NCBI GenBank assembly: GCA_028534125.1
Contig: CM052816.1
Location: 72,170,001 to 72,234,000 of the forward strand
Source: Lama glama
Lineage: Eukaryota
Direction of reading: 5' to 3'
DNA: 64,000 bases
This document shows positions 12,621 to 26,440 of the stretch, piece by piece. A model generated the notes under the pieces. That model was not told where the DNA came from and ran no database searches. It saw only the letters and a program-made list of their open reading frames with translations. The stretch's first letter is position 1; every line of letters starts with the position of its first letter. A program made the translations under genes and the position numbers.

Positions 12621-14647
12621 GTTTGGTACAGACCAGCAAGAGGGAAGGGAAAGAGGGGTAGCAAAAGCATCTGAGCTTTACAACAGCAGAGGATTCTGCA
12701 CAGAATGGAAAAGAAAGCACTGGGGGAGAGGTTGAGGAGGGGTGTCTCTTTTCCTCTCTCCACATCTTTTCTCAGTGGCTGTTCCAGCTTTTTTAATCTC
12801 TCTATTCCTCTACCTTTCTTAAGAAAGAAATGGAGGATGTCAATTGGGAATCCTTTTCTCTTCTTGTCATCTTACAGAATTCACAGGTCCTAGCTCCCAA
12901 CTGTAAAGCCAAAGGGTCTGAGCCTAAGAGCAGCTCTCCTGAGAGGGCTTCATGGAGAAGACAACTTCAAGGAGGGCCCAGTCTCCACCAAGGGCTAGAA
13001 ACTGACAAGCTTTAGTGTGTTAGCAGCTAGAATGATAGATTGTTTCCAAAATAATCTTCCGTCAGAAAACACCTGCAATCCAGGTGCACGGCGGGTGATA
13101 TGCCTCACTGAAGAATGATCTCGATCCATGAATTCCAAGAAACCATTCTACCAAGTAAGTTGGGTGAGGGCATAAGTTAGTCCCCAGGAACCTCACCAAG
13201 AGTTCAGAAATCGCAACATTTTCCAGGTCACAGAACAATATAGCAGGTGTAGTAACGCTCACCCATTTCCCTTTGCTCCCCTTCCCTGTTACCCTTAGAG
13301 CTGGCAGGTCTACATGATGGCCTGAGCCTGAGAGGAAGACGTGTGTCAGTTCTGGGCTGAGGTTATCAAAGGCCCCTGGTGAATTCTCCAGCTTCCTCCT
13401 TTCCCTGAAATAGAGACTAAGCAGGGTGTGTTTCCAGATAACGTGCATAGACGACAGAGGCTCTTCAATCTGACTCCCCGAGTGATTATACTGAGCCACC
13501 CCAGCAAAGGGTATATCCATCTTTAAAGAGTAAGAGAGATAAACCTTAGGTTGGATTTGAGTTATTTGGTTACTGCAGCGTAACTAACCTACACTCACTA
13601 AACACAGAAAACGTCCATGTTGGCCAAGGAACTCTAGAGCTGCGACTGCTAACAAGAGTAGATGGGGTGGAAAAAAGGACAGAGCAGCCAGTTTCAAGTT
13701 TTAGGCAGCCGAGCCTCCTGGAAATTCACATATCAGATAACTGGTGGACTAAAGAGTCTCTTCCCCGAAAGGCCAGAGGGTCAAACAGCAGCTTAAGAAC
13801 CCCCAGGAACAAGATAGCATCCTTTGGAGAACTCAGCAAGAAAAATTATTCATACTTAAACATCTTCCCACACACCCTCCATTCCTTTGACACAAACAAG
13901 TAAGTAGTTCTGCATCATATCTGCCCAAGATCAAGTGCACCAAACCAATCAGATCATTTTCTTATTTGAGTGCCTTGGGCCACAGCTCAGCCAATAAAAT
14001 ATCAAGATGTTTTTAATTTTCTTAATTGACAAGGCTATATAATAAAAGGAATAAAATATATATAACAACTCATCACATATAAATGGTTTTCTTTCAGTAA
14101 AGAATTTAAATGCTACTTGAAGAATACTTGAGTCAAGCCAGAATTAGCTTCTAGGCATTATATAAATATTAATTCAAAACATTCATAATTACATTGTATA
14201 CAGAGATGAGAATTATCTGATTTTTAATTCCCATCATTATTGGTTTAAAGTATTAATATGTTACATTTGTGAGTTTGAAACCACATCAATAATGTAAGTT
14301 CAAATGAACTGCAAAATATTTCCAAAAGAATAAAATATTTACAAATCATTATCTCCACCATCTGCACTGGAAGGGCGTGGTTCATTTTGACATATTCTGT
14401 TCTATTTTCCAATAAATCTCTCCTTCCTGTAAAGTCTCTTCTTATGCAACGCCTGCTCACCAGGGATCTTTGAGGTTCCTGGCAAAAATACTGACAGCAG
14501 TTCCAGAAGTGCCCTGGGCACACGCAAATCAAGGACTGTATTTTGCTTGTTAGAGGTGTGTGTCAGAGTGAACTATTCTCACACAGCATACAGCACATTT
14601 ACTTGCTTAAGATAAGTCAAACTATTTCCTAGGTTTTCCAAGGCCAA

Positions 14648-14680
14648 AAACAAACAAACAAACAAACAAACAAACAAACA
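14648..14680. repeat. (AAAC)n microsatellite
   Basis: About 8 tandem AAAC units. Confidence 0.9.
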
Positions 14681-14779
14681 ACTATGAAATGGAATGGAAA
14701 AACTCTCTCTGGTGGACTTCATGGTTGTCATACCAACATCATCTATTCTCTTTTTCTTAGAAATGTCCCTACTATTCAT

Positions 14780-15166
14780 TACTATGTCTTATCTTCCTCA
14801 GGATGGCTAATTTGGGGACACCTAATTTTACCCCTGACTCTAGCAATGGGACATGATTTAGGCTTAAAATAATCAGCTTCTGAAAGCATATCCCTTGTCT
14901 GGATATGGAAGAGGAGAAAACCACTGGAGTTGCCTGCAGTATCTTGCAACCCCTGGAGAAAGTGATGTGTACTAGATGTGGAAGGCAAGAGCCGACATTT
15001 GGAAAGAAACTAAGTAGTTGAAGACAGTTAAACCCTGAACCAATCAACCCGGAAACTCAATTTATCACCGAATCTAGAGTTAGGTAACCAAGAAAAGTCT
15101 TCTTTATTTAAGCCAACTGAGTTGGGTATTCTGTTATTAGCAAATGAGGGCATCCTCACATACACA
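14780..15166 (+). mobile_element. MLT1 (MaLR) LTR relic
   Basis: 3' end tttatttaagccaactgagttgggtattctgttattagcaaatga…cctcacatacaca is characteristic of old MLT1 LTRs; a similar end occurs at ~13550-13606. Confidence 0.55.
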
Positions 15167-18100
15167 AATGTTAAGACACACAGTTCTCGTGTGGTTTTCC
15201 ATGCTCTGAGAGAGTGATCTATAAGTTCCAGAAAATTTGGCTTATTTAATCCCATTCTCTATTCAACTACATAGAACATTTTAAACTAAATGCAAAAAAA
15301 CAAAGTAGAAATATTTTAAAATTTGCAGTTCTGAAAAAGGAGCTTACAGTCTAGAGCAACTGTTTTAAGTGGGATAGAGATGTTAAATGATTCGATCTTC
15401 TTGGGGATGGAACTGCAGCGGAACCACAAGTCCCCTGCTTGCCCAGCAAGCGCACCATTTACAAAGAGACTTCATCCCACCTCCTGCTTCTGGGAAAGGA
15501 ACAGGAGGCAGGAATAAAATATGTACCATTTATGACACTTACTAAGCTCCTGGCTTTCAAAGTAGCCAAACTGAAAAAACCATTTTTAAAAATCCACACT
15601 ATAAATACGGAAGTCAAGTGAGCCCTGGAAACCACTCCTGACACTAGTTCACAAATAACATTAGGTTAGCCCCAAAATATCACCATAAGATTTCTGATGG
15701 GCTCATGCGATTTAAGCAGAAGTTGGATGCTCATGCTCTGTCAAGGCTACATTTAGGCATTTTATCATTTTTATAACATTACATAAGATGAAGAGAAACA
15801 GAATATATGAATATATATATATAAAACTTCAGTTGTCACTTACCGTTATTCATAATCCAGTATTTTTTCAGCCCAGCCCAGGACATCGACATATCTGAAG
15901 TATTTGGCAGTGACACAGGCTCCTGATTTTAGCACTATTATTTTCCTTCTCCAAACACAAGAACCCAAATTGACAAATAATCAAGGAGATATATTCTCCT
16001 CTTTTCTATACTAATTTAGGAAGGAGAGTATTTCTTTTCAAACCCAAAGGAGAGAACCAGGCACATTATAAATTTATCTTCTTTTACTTGCTCAGACTGA
16101 AAGGAAAGATTAATATTTTCAGCTAGTGGTCAAAACACTCACTCATTAGTCAACTAAAAAGAACCAATCAACTAAAAAATCATCTAAGCTAGGAAAGTTT
16201 CACCAGCCTCTTTGGAAAATAGTGTGCATTTTTCTACAAAAATAGACTATAAATGCTTATCGGAAATGTCTAAGTTTAAGTTTCTGATAATTAATGTATA
16301 TTTTAACTCAAACTGTGGATTAAAGTTTGTTTCTTTATTGCTAATTAAATTTATGAATATTATTCTTTCTAATTTTAAACTTTCTTTTTTTAAATTTCTC
16401 TTTAGTAATATTTTCACAAATAAGTATATGAGATTAAAATTACTCTCAGTGTGCCATCTAAAATAAGACCTACATATTATAATGGAAGAAGTAATGTGTA
16501 AGGAGTTCAGTTTGGTTTACTGTTATAATTTTTTTTGAGTAAGAAAAAATAGTGCATATAGCACTGATTATAATATAGAAAAAAATAAAGTTATGTTGTG
16601 TCTCTCGTACAGTAGAAGGTAGAACAGTTCTAAATTTAGAAAAGAAAAATGAATTTACAAAGTAAAAATATGTGTCCGTGATGTTAGTCAAAGGTGAACT
16701 ACTGCTGAGATTGGCAATGTTGTATCTCTGCACACTCATACTATAATGGAAATTTTTAAAATAAAATATGAGCACAATACATAATGAGGGCAGAAGTCAC
16801 CCAAATCATTCATCTTTGTATTCCCAGTTAGGGCACCTGGCATAATGTCTTCACTGTAATTGATATTCAACAAATATTTGTAAAATGAATGAATAAGGAA
16901 TGAATGATGAAAAAATAACAAATAGCTCCTCTGTCTCCTGGGAGTTCAATGCACTACTTTCTTTTAAACTTAATTAATCCTCAACGTCCTTGTAAAACAG
17001 CCAAAGGGAAAATGTATTTGCATAACATATGAAATTGATGGAATCCATGAGAAGGGTCAAAGAGCTTCCTCCAAGTAAATAAAGCACTCGCACTCCAGAC
17101 AGGACCGCGGTACTTAAATCATTTCCTAGGTGGCAGGCTTTCAGTCTGATCCCCTGCTGCATTAGCCACAGGACCGCTCCTCCGTCTCTTCAGGATAAAT
17201 CCTGGATCCCCGAGTTTTGCTGCTAATCCGTTCTCTCCACCATTCACTCCATTGCCTTAAAGTTCCTTTCACTCCCTCCCCCTCCTAATCCACACATTTC
17301 CAGGTCAGCCCTAATTTGAAGCATTCTATCTTGCCTTCCCCAAATGTACTCACACTTATCAGACCATATGTTCCAACATTAGTTCAGGAAAAGGGGGAAA
17401 AAATCACACTTCTATATAAGAGATCAAGAAAAACAGTTCACCAACATTTGAAAACACCATTACTACACTACATGCCCCTCTGCTGATACACAGCTAAGCA
17501 AGGAGTAGGCTACAAACACATCCTATCTTCACTATTCATGAGGATACCACTTATGAATTAGAAGTCTGATACAACATTTATGTGACCTAATTTTGAAAAT
17601 TTAAAATAGTATAAGACCTCTAGGCTTATAATTTTGTAACAAAGATTAACGGGACCCAGGCAAGCATAGATTATCTCTGCTGTGGGAAACTGGAAATTTT
17701 TTTTTAACTTCAAACACCTGATATTGAAAATGCCAGATTCCTCCACTTCTGCAGTAACAAGGTGGTTATCACACTGAATATCATTCCTGTACTTTCTCTC
17801 CAGCAAACAGAATTAATATTAACACATGAACTGAAAATGTTAAGTGACTATAAATAAGCCCAAATGATTTCATTAAAATTTAGCTTAGCAAAACATTACT
17901 TTCATATTCTTGGTAGAAAATCTTTTTATTCGTATTAAAACGCAATAAACAACGTACAAGCAAAGGAAGTGGCATCAAATGTTAGTCGCCACTCCCCATC
18001 CCCACCCCCGGCTTGGTATGTATTCAATTATGCTTAGTTCAGATCTTGGTTTCTCCACTCCGTAGAAGTAGAGAATGTACTGATACTTGGGAAAACAAGC

Positions 18101-21100
18101 TTCTAATGGCATAGTCTCGCTCAAACAGCAAAATTCCAGCCATCTATCTAAATACCCACCATCTGCCAATATGACAAATGGTACTATGTGTGACATTTAT
18201 ACTGCTTTGTAACCAAAGCTCTAAGTCAGAGGATATGAAATAATAATAACCATAAAATTAAGCACAGAAGAAAATAAAACATACAAAATGATTTTAAACC
18301 ATCAATAAACATGTCACAAGGCCATGTCCTTATGCTCCCTCAGGTCCCCGAACAAAGTCTGTGACATTTTAGACATGATTCTAACAGGTGTGGTTATTTG
18401 GTTTCCAATCACATCAAATCACAAGTAAACTGGAAAAGACGACTGGGGTGTGAGGAGACAGGAGAGAAACTGGAGGATTCAGGACTGGAATGTTCCTTAA
18501 CCAGGTCACAGCAACTACTGGAATAGTTCCCCCTTAATAATCACACTACATAGTTTGCTTTTTCAGTTAACCCTTGAACTCACAGACTTTCAACTTCAGG
18601 TTGCAAGAAATTCTGTTCTGATCTTGAGGCTCCCCTACAACTTCAAAACAAGGACTTTAATTTTATTTTGGATCAACTGCTGCACAACTAGTTGAAATCA
18701 GAATTAAATTTTATCTGAAGCTCTTAGACAATTCGAGCTATAAGAATAATAAATCTGTAAATCTGCTGATAGATATCAAAGAGGAATATTCACTCTCCTT
18801 TCAGCTACCGAGTGCTAATCCCTCTCATTTAAGTAAACATGATCTAAAAGACGCTTAAAAGTAACTATCTACAACCAGGATAATTAAATGACTTTTGCCT
18901 CACAGACCAGTGACCCAAGAGCCCTTCAAGAATGAATGGACTGGATTCAAAGCCAAACTCACTCAATTTTAAGGAAAAAAAAATGCAGATACTGGGAAAA
19001 CAGATCTCAATAGCCCAACTGAAACAAGAGGTGACTTAAATGTGTCATTAAATTCTTGTCATTTAAAATTTCAAGAAAAAGCAGTATTTTCTAATGGGAT
19101 CAGATATATTTTGATTCTTCTGTTCTTATACCTATGGTAATACATATTCTTTTTAGTTGGAACTAAGACTCACTCATGTCCTATTTTAGGAAGATTATCT
19201 ATGTAAATTAACTTTTAAGAAAACTAGGGTTTATCTTTTTGAATTCATGAAAAAAAGAAGGTAACTCAGCATTCCATAAAATTTCAACCATTTGCAAAAT
19301 TTCTAATACACTTCAAGATATTCATGTACTTTTCCAAGTAGGGAGTATCAAAAATAATTTTTGCTTGTTTATTTGAATGAAAATGCATGGCTTTTATGAA
19401 AATCAGGCAGGCCCCCATGTCCTAACAAAAGGATACAGGACTAATGGATCTGTGTCAATATATCAAGATTTTACTTTTTAATTTAAATTTGATTTTGTAA
19501 TTCTGTTCTCTTACCACATACATGGCTTCCAACATCACTCAGAAACCAACCCTTAGAAAGAGGAAGGCTGAGTTACTGGAATATGGAAGGCATGTGAAAA
19601 TGAAACACACTTCATGATACAGTGATGTTTTTCTTCACTGGGTGTATATGATCAACACACTTACGCAAGTTTCGGGGGGAAAAAAATCAACTGATTTATT
19701 TGCCAATTGGTATTTCCCTTAAAAAAAATCGATTTCCCCAGATTTTAACTGTGATAATAGTTGCTCTTTAAGAATTGTAGATGTATGCAAGTAAAATACA
19801 CGCTGTAAAAGACATGCACACAGAGAGAGACAGACAGACAGATGAATGAATGGAGGAGCAGTAAGAACACAGACGGTTTACAAATGACCTTTATGCTCAT
19901 TCACCCTTCCTGTTTCCCACCTCGCCTGTTGTAGCAGCTCCAACAGCCATGAGAGTCATCGTGAAACAAGAAAGCACATAGGGTGTGAGAAGCAGAAGGG
20001 AGGGCACTGTGAAACATAAGAACAGTGGGCACTGATCCAGGGTAATGGAGGAGGCAGAAGGTGTGAGCCTAGCGATAAATACGTGGTCCTTAAATATCCT
20101 CTCCCACAACATCTGAAGAGCTTTCCCTTTTATTACTTGCTTAAAATTAATTTAAATTACAAACAGGTACTTTAATTAAACAAGCAAATGTTGAGGCAAT
20201 CCGGGCTATCAGAATGTATCAAGTTATTCCAGCCACCCAATTCCTTCCAATGGCTTCTCTAGCTTTCCTTTACATGGACGAAATGAGAAATCTCCTCGGG
20301 ACCAAAATGTGAGGGGTAATTTAGAGGTAGAAACTGGGAATGATTTGTCTGTTCCATATTACTTCCTTAGTAGGACTTTGTTTTGTTACTGAATTTTCTT
20401 GATTGTAAGATTCATGTTTTTAACTTATATCTCTAAAACTTATACCAAAAGAAACTTCCTAACCGCTATGCAGGAAGAAGTGGGGACAATGTATCCACCA
20501 GGGTCAGCAAAAGTGGGAACCTGGCCCTCAACAGAGCATTCACCTCATTTGATCATCACCCCTGTGTCACCTGCACTGGAATCACCACTTGCCTGGTGGG
20601 TAAAGCTGTGATACAGCCCAGAAATAAGTTTTTTTTTTTTTTCTATGGAGGAGGAGGGCCCTGACATGTCAGACAATGCAAGAAAAGTCAGGAGGAACTG
20701 CCAAATGTATCAGAATATATGAGGACTTTCCAAGGATGGGAGAGGCTGGTAAAATATGAGGGACCTGGCAAGACAAGGGCTCTCGTGGTGGCGCTAAAAC
20801 ACATTTTAGCTGATCTTCCAGAGAAACTACTTAATTTTTACTATTATGCAATTCAATGAAAGAAAAGGAAAAAATACAAAGTTAAGCAAATAAGAAATGC
20901 AGACAAAAACCTGTAATTTTTCAAATTAAAAAAGGAGGGGGGCCAACTATTCTAAAGTATTTTGAAGATCAGGAACCTAGAACTTGGGGAAGGAAAACCA
21001 ATATCACTGGAATGCTCTGGTGATCTGATAATGGCCAAAAGTGAGCCTGGAGAATCTTTAGACTCTAAAAATAATGAAGGTTTAGACTTGGACTTTGACA

Positions 21101-21431
21101 CACTGGGAGAAAAAAAAAAGAACAGCATGTAGTTATATAAATGAACATATGCTACTGTTATCTTTTTAATTTTTGTGTATACTCAGTGAAGTTTTTATTA
21201 GAAATTATTATTCAATGATAGTGCATCTTGCAAATTAATGCCTTTTTAAATCGAGGAAACTTTGCATTTCTTAATCAATCAGGGCAACTGTCCTACCAAA
21301 AAAAGGGGAGCATTTTTCTTTTCCTTATTCTGTTTGTTCATGGGGTCTGGACTGCAGGAATTAAAACTGGGCTAGTGCTGTGAATGACTGTATCAAGTAC
21401 TGCCTTCTCTGTCCGGTCCTGTGCTGGACAC

Positions 21432-21912
21432 TGCAGGGAAGCCTTAACTCAGGCCCTGGATGGTCAAACCCTGCACATTCCCAAGAACGGTCTGTCTTTA
21501 AGACTGGCCCTTGGCCAGTTCCTAGGAAATGAGCTCTGAGCCCTTGGAATATTCTGCTTGAAGAGTGTTTCTGTATGCCTACGGTCTTGGGTTTGCTCAG
21601 ACAGTTATGCTAACAAATATGATTTATTGTAAACACCTGTTCTTGCTCTCTGGCTGGGGTCTGCGTAGTTGCGGTCAGTCACAAAGGTGCAGCCTGCCTA
21701 TGTGACTAACTCCTAATAAAAGCCCTGGACACAAAGGCTCAGGAGGGCTTCCTTGGTTGGCAACACTTTGCATGTGTTGCCATACAACATCGCTGGGAGA
21801 AGCGTGTGTCCATGTGACTCTACTGACAAAACACTTGGAAACTTGTGCTGGTTTCTCCTGGACTCTGCCCAACAAGCCTTTGCCCTTTGCTAATTTTAGT
21901 CTGTATCCTTTC
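21432..21912 (+). mobile_element. MER21-like LTR, 3'-truncated
   Basis: Starts TG(c)agggaagcc…; contains ctctgagcccttggaatatt, aataaaagccctggacacaaaggctcagg, ggttggcaacact, and cctttgctaatttt…ctgtatcctttc, matching the recalled MER21 family. Confidence 0.75.
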
Positions 21913-22369
21913 ATTTTTTTTTTTTAATTGAAGTGTAGTTGACTTACAGTATGTGTTAGCTTTTGGTGTACAGTATAGAGATTCAGTTATATATACACAT
22001 GTATTCTTTTTCATATTTGTTTTCATTATAGGTTATTACAAAGTATTGAATATAGTTCCCTGTGCTATACAGTAGGAACTTGTTGTTTATTTTATGTATA
22101 TAGTTTTTATCTGCATATCCCAAACTCCTAATTTATCCCCTCCCTCCTTTCACCTTTGGTAACCATAAGTTTGTTTTCTATTTCTGTGAGTCTATTTCTG
22201 TTTTGTAAATAAGTTCATTTGTATTATTTTTTAGATTCCACATATAAGTAATATATTTGTTCTGCTCTGACTTACTTCACTTAGTATGATAATCTCTAGG
22301 TCACTCAATGTTGCCACAAATGGCATTATTTCATTCTTTTTATGGCTGAGTAGTATTCCATTGTGTGTG

Positions 22370-22401
<32 letters not shown>

Positions 22402-22690
22402 CACACACACCACAACTTCTTTACCCAATCATTCCTTGATAAACACTTAGGTCCAGATTTTGGCAATTTTGAGTAAAACTGCTATAAACATCAGTGCAGA
22501 TTTTTATGTGGACATTCAATTTTCAACTTCATTGAGGGTAACTACCAAGGAGCAAGACTGCTGGATCACATGGTAAGAGTAGGTTTAGTTTTCTAAGAAA
22601 CTGCCCAAACTGTCTTCCAAAGTAGCTGTACCTACACTTTGCATTTCTATCAGCAATGAATGATAGCTCCTGTTGCTCCACATGCTGGTT
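21913..22690 (-). mobile_element. L1 3' end (young subfamily to ~22450, older L1M-type beyond)
   Basis: Poly(T) at 21914-21925, L1 3' UTR near-identical in layout to 44764-45279, ORF2 C-terminal peptide KKNEIMPFVATLSDLEIIILSEVSQ; internal (TA)n/(CA)n at 22362-22410. Confidence 0.9.
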
Positions 22691-25600
22691 TTCCCATTAG
22701 GATGGACTGATTGAGAAAGAACCAAGAAAGAATGTGGCTCACAGGGAATTATTCAAATTTCTTTAGCTAAAAGTGAATATGACCAATCATTAGAGAAAAC
22801 ATATCAAATTCTGTGGTGATAATAAAGTAATGTCTGCTTTTCAGCTGGAGGGCCTTTTTTTTTTTTTCCTGCTGCACATCTAGCTGTGGTGCATTTTAAT
22901 CAGAAAGGATGACTGCATCGGCTTTTATCCATGAAGCAGATTTTAGCACCCTGCTTAGGTCTCCCTCATGCCAGTATCTAAGACCTTGCTCTTAAGATCA
23001 ATAACATGAATGCATGTAGACAGACAAATATATGAGCAGAATCACAAACTCAGTCTAAAGATTCTGCACAATGACCTCCAAATGAGAGACCTAAAATTTA
23101 CTAGATTCTCAGCATGTGTTCCACTGGTTTCCCTGGAATCACAAAAGCTCTGGAATATTCGTACAGAAAAGACATCACTCGAATCACTCTGAATACAGAC
23201 CTGGCCTTGTGTCCCCACCAGCAGAGCTCTCTAAAGCCGAGGATTCCTTCTCCATTCACGTGTTACCAAAAGTAACCCATGGCCGCCCAAAGGTTAACGA
23301 CTGACACTGTCTAAAGAAAAGGGAGTTTGCTTCCTGACTAAAGCTGACGAAATTCTGAGAGATGTGTTAAAACTCCTTCAGTGATCATCTCACATGGTCA
23401 CTGGAAGGAAAATGAACTTACAAAATAGATACCCTCATTGATCTTCTAAATGTAATTTGTCAAAGAGAGACAACATTTAGATAAATTCCAGATTTCCCTT
23501 GCCATGAACTTCTTCAAAATGTACACTCCATCAAGGATGGCTCCCTAAGAAGCTGTACTGCAGTCAAAGTGACAGAATTTAAGAGGACATAATCAGTCCT
23601 TCTGCCGCACAGAATCATTATCTGCCTCTAACCCCTCCTTATGAGGCTGACTTCTAATCATGTGCCAAAGAGGACCCTGCGAGCTTCAGCGCTTTGATCT
23701 GAAGAGTTGAGAGCCCTTATCATAAATGGATTCAACACAACTGAGAGAGACCCAGAGAAATAAACCCTCGTATAGAAATGCTGGTGGCATGAGATTCCAA
23801 GTGCCTTTAACTGAAGCTTCCCTTGTCATAAAGCAAGTTCTATAAAAATGACTGAAAATAAATTCTTCAGGGCTCAGTGTGAATCGGCAATTTTCATTTA
23901 TACTGTACTGTGGTTTACTTGAAAACTATTTTTAATGAATAAGTCTCAGAGTTTGCCAGAGTGTTTTCCACAAAACAACTCTCTTGAGATAGTCCAGATC
24001 TGTAATCAAGTAAGTCTGAAAAACCCTGAATGCTTCATTCACCTCGTGGGTATGCATAATGCACACTAATCTATAAAAGGCCCTAAAAAGACAACCATTA
24101 AAATTGTTAAATATTGTGTAACTAAACATTTCCCAGACATATTTGGCCACATACCTAACATCTAATTAATCAGTTTGGGAAATGCTATCACATAACAGAG
24201 GAAAAATATTACTGTCATTTAAGAAATACTAGGAAAAACTATATTCTGGGCATTCTGCTGGGAATTAGAGTTCCAGTCTTTAAACAGAATATTGATTTCT
24301 TTCATGACTTACTGTATTTGACTTCTTCACTCTTTTAGACAGCTCTACCCTTAACAATATTTTTGTTTGTTGTTTTCCAATTTTGTATGAACTTTTTTCT
24401 TCATAGATGTGAAAGTCTAACAAATGTAAAGTAGTTGTATTAGTCTCTGGCTCATTTTATACTTCAAATACAGTGAATATTCTACAAATGATTCTTGGAT
24501 AATAACCTGTATTTGCTTTCTAAACAAAACAGTGATAAAAATCCAAATAACTACAGCACTTCTGAGCTGGTTGACAAATCCTAATACTTCCAGGCCATTG
24601 GGAAGGTCTTTTCAATCTGTATCTCAAAAGTGTGAAGACCATCCTGGGGAAAGTCAGTTAGCAGCTAACTTTCTGCTCATTTCTGCATAGGGAAAAGTGA
24701 TCTGACTGCACAAAGGTTTAAGTGGATGTCTCTTTCAAATTTAACATTGACTGAAGTGGTATCCTCCATTTAATACCAAGAAGGTGTCAGCCACAAACCA
24801 GATGCCATCAATATGCAAATAAACTACAATCAAGACTTGTTGTTGTTTCTCTATAACAGATTGGGGGTAATCTGTTCGTACTGTCATCCCATATTCCTCA
24901 GATTTCATTTTGTCTTCTCATTTCCACCTTGTTCTACCCAGAGTCTCACCAAATCCTCTTCATGTGCATACATACATCATACATTTTCACAGAGATGCCA
25001 CTTGTGGCCAAAGAAAAGATTAAATGAACTGGTCTTTATGATAATAAAAGCCATAATCTTGATAGCCAAACCAAGAATATTATGCAATACAGATGTTATC
25101 AATCAATAAAACCTGAACAGCTGTATATGTTTAATGCACCAAATTAATGCAAACTGCTGTTGAGTGGAGAGATTAGGTCAATAAACAAACAGCAGTAAGT
25201 CAGTGTTTGAAAGGCTGAGAAACAGATGAACGGATGGGGAAGATGGCTCTTGAAAGCCAGGAATGGGGTTTAAATTTGATATGAAGAAAACTCTGGCTGC
25301 ATTTGAAAGCTTCTGAGCAGGCAAATGCTCTGTGATTAAATTCATGCACAAAGAGTGCAGGTATAAGTGAACGGAATGGGTGAGAAACTCTAAAGTATTT
25401 TAAGACACTTGGTTAAAGTGACCTAAATCAAGGAGATCAGGGCCTCAACGAGTGTCGACATGGGGTGAGGTGAAGATGCCACAATGATAACTTCAAAGTA
25501 AAAGTCAGGGGAGCTTCAAAAGAGGTAAAGAGGAAGATGGGATACCTGAAACCTGAGACTGTGATTCCCCACACTAGGCTCAAGTGATGTGATACTGACC

Positions 25601-26279
25601 AGGGAGAGGCTGGGAAGAGAAGCTTCTTTTAAAAAGGATGGGTTGTTTTGATGCGTTGAGTTGAAGTGGCCAGCAATTCAGTGAGATGACTGAACAGAAA
25701 GCCTGAGTTACATCACAACAAAATAGGAACGACAAGCCTCATTCATACAAGCATATTTCTGATTAGTCTTTCCTGGGGGCACGTGAAACACAAGATTTCA
25801 GAAATTTAGAGAATGAAAAAGAAAATGACATGTCAATAACTTGATCGAAATTCGATTCTGGCAACTATCTTAAAGCGAGGCTTATCTACTATAGCACAAT
25901 CTATCCAAAAGCAAATGTGTGCAGAGGATTACAAAGTATTTTCAGGACGGGTGAAATTTCACTTATATGTATTTTTTTTTTTAATGCTTCAGAGAGAAAC
26001 GATGGGGAATTTAAATGGATTGGTCCAATATTTGCATAAGGATTCCTCAGACAATGTACATAATTTCACCACTATTAATGCTCAGCAGTGGGCTCGGGCA
26101 CCTCCCCTGCCAACCAGTAGACCTGCAGCACTGTCCCTGGCAGACATCCCACTAGCAACAGCAACCCTCCCCACGCCCAAACATCCCCAGCCACTCTAGC
26201 CATGCCAGTGCAACCCATGTGCCTTAAAACCTTATATAAACACTGACTTCCACTGCAATATACCTACTCTGTTTCTTAC

Positions 26280-26440
26280 TAACTGTAAATTAGCTGAACT
26301 ACCCAAGCCTCAGTTTCTTTGGCTATAAAATGTAAAGCAGCTAACAAAATACCTACTGGTCTTCTTTGCTGCGAGCACAGGATGTAAGGTAGGCAAAACG
26401 CATAGCAGGGACTATGCCCAATAAATATGATTAGTAGTAG
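26280..26440 (+). mobile_element. MIR SINE relic
   Basis: MIR core aagcctcagtttcttt…ctataaaatg…aatacctac; similar cores near 29040-29200, 35870-35990 (opposite strand), 38900-39130 and 49220-49400. Confidence 0.6.
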
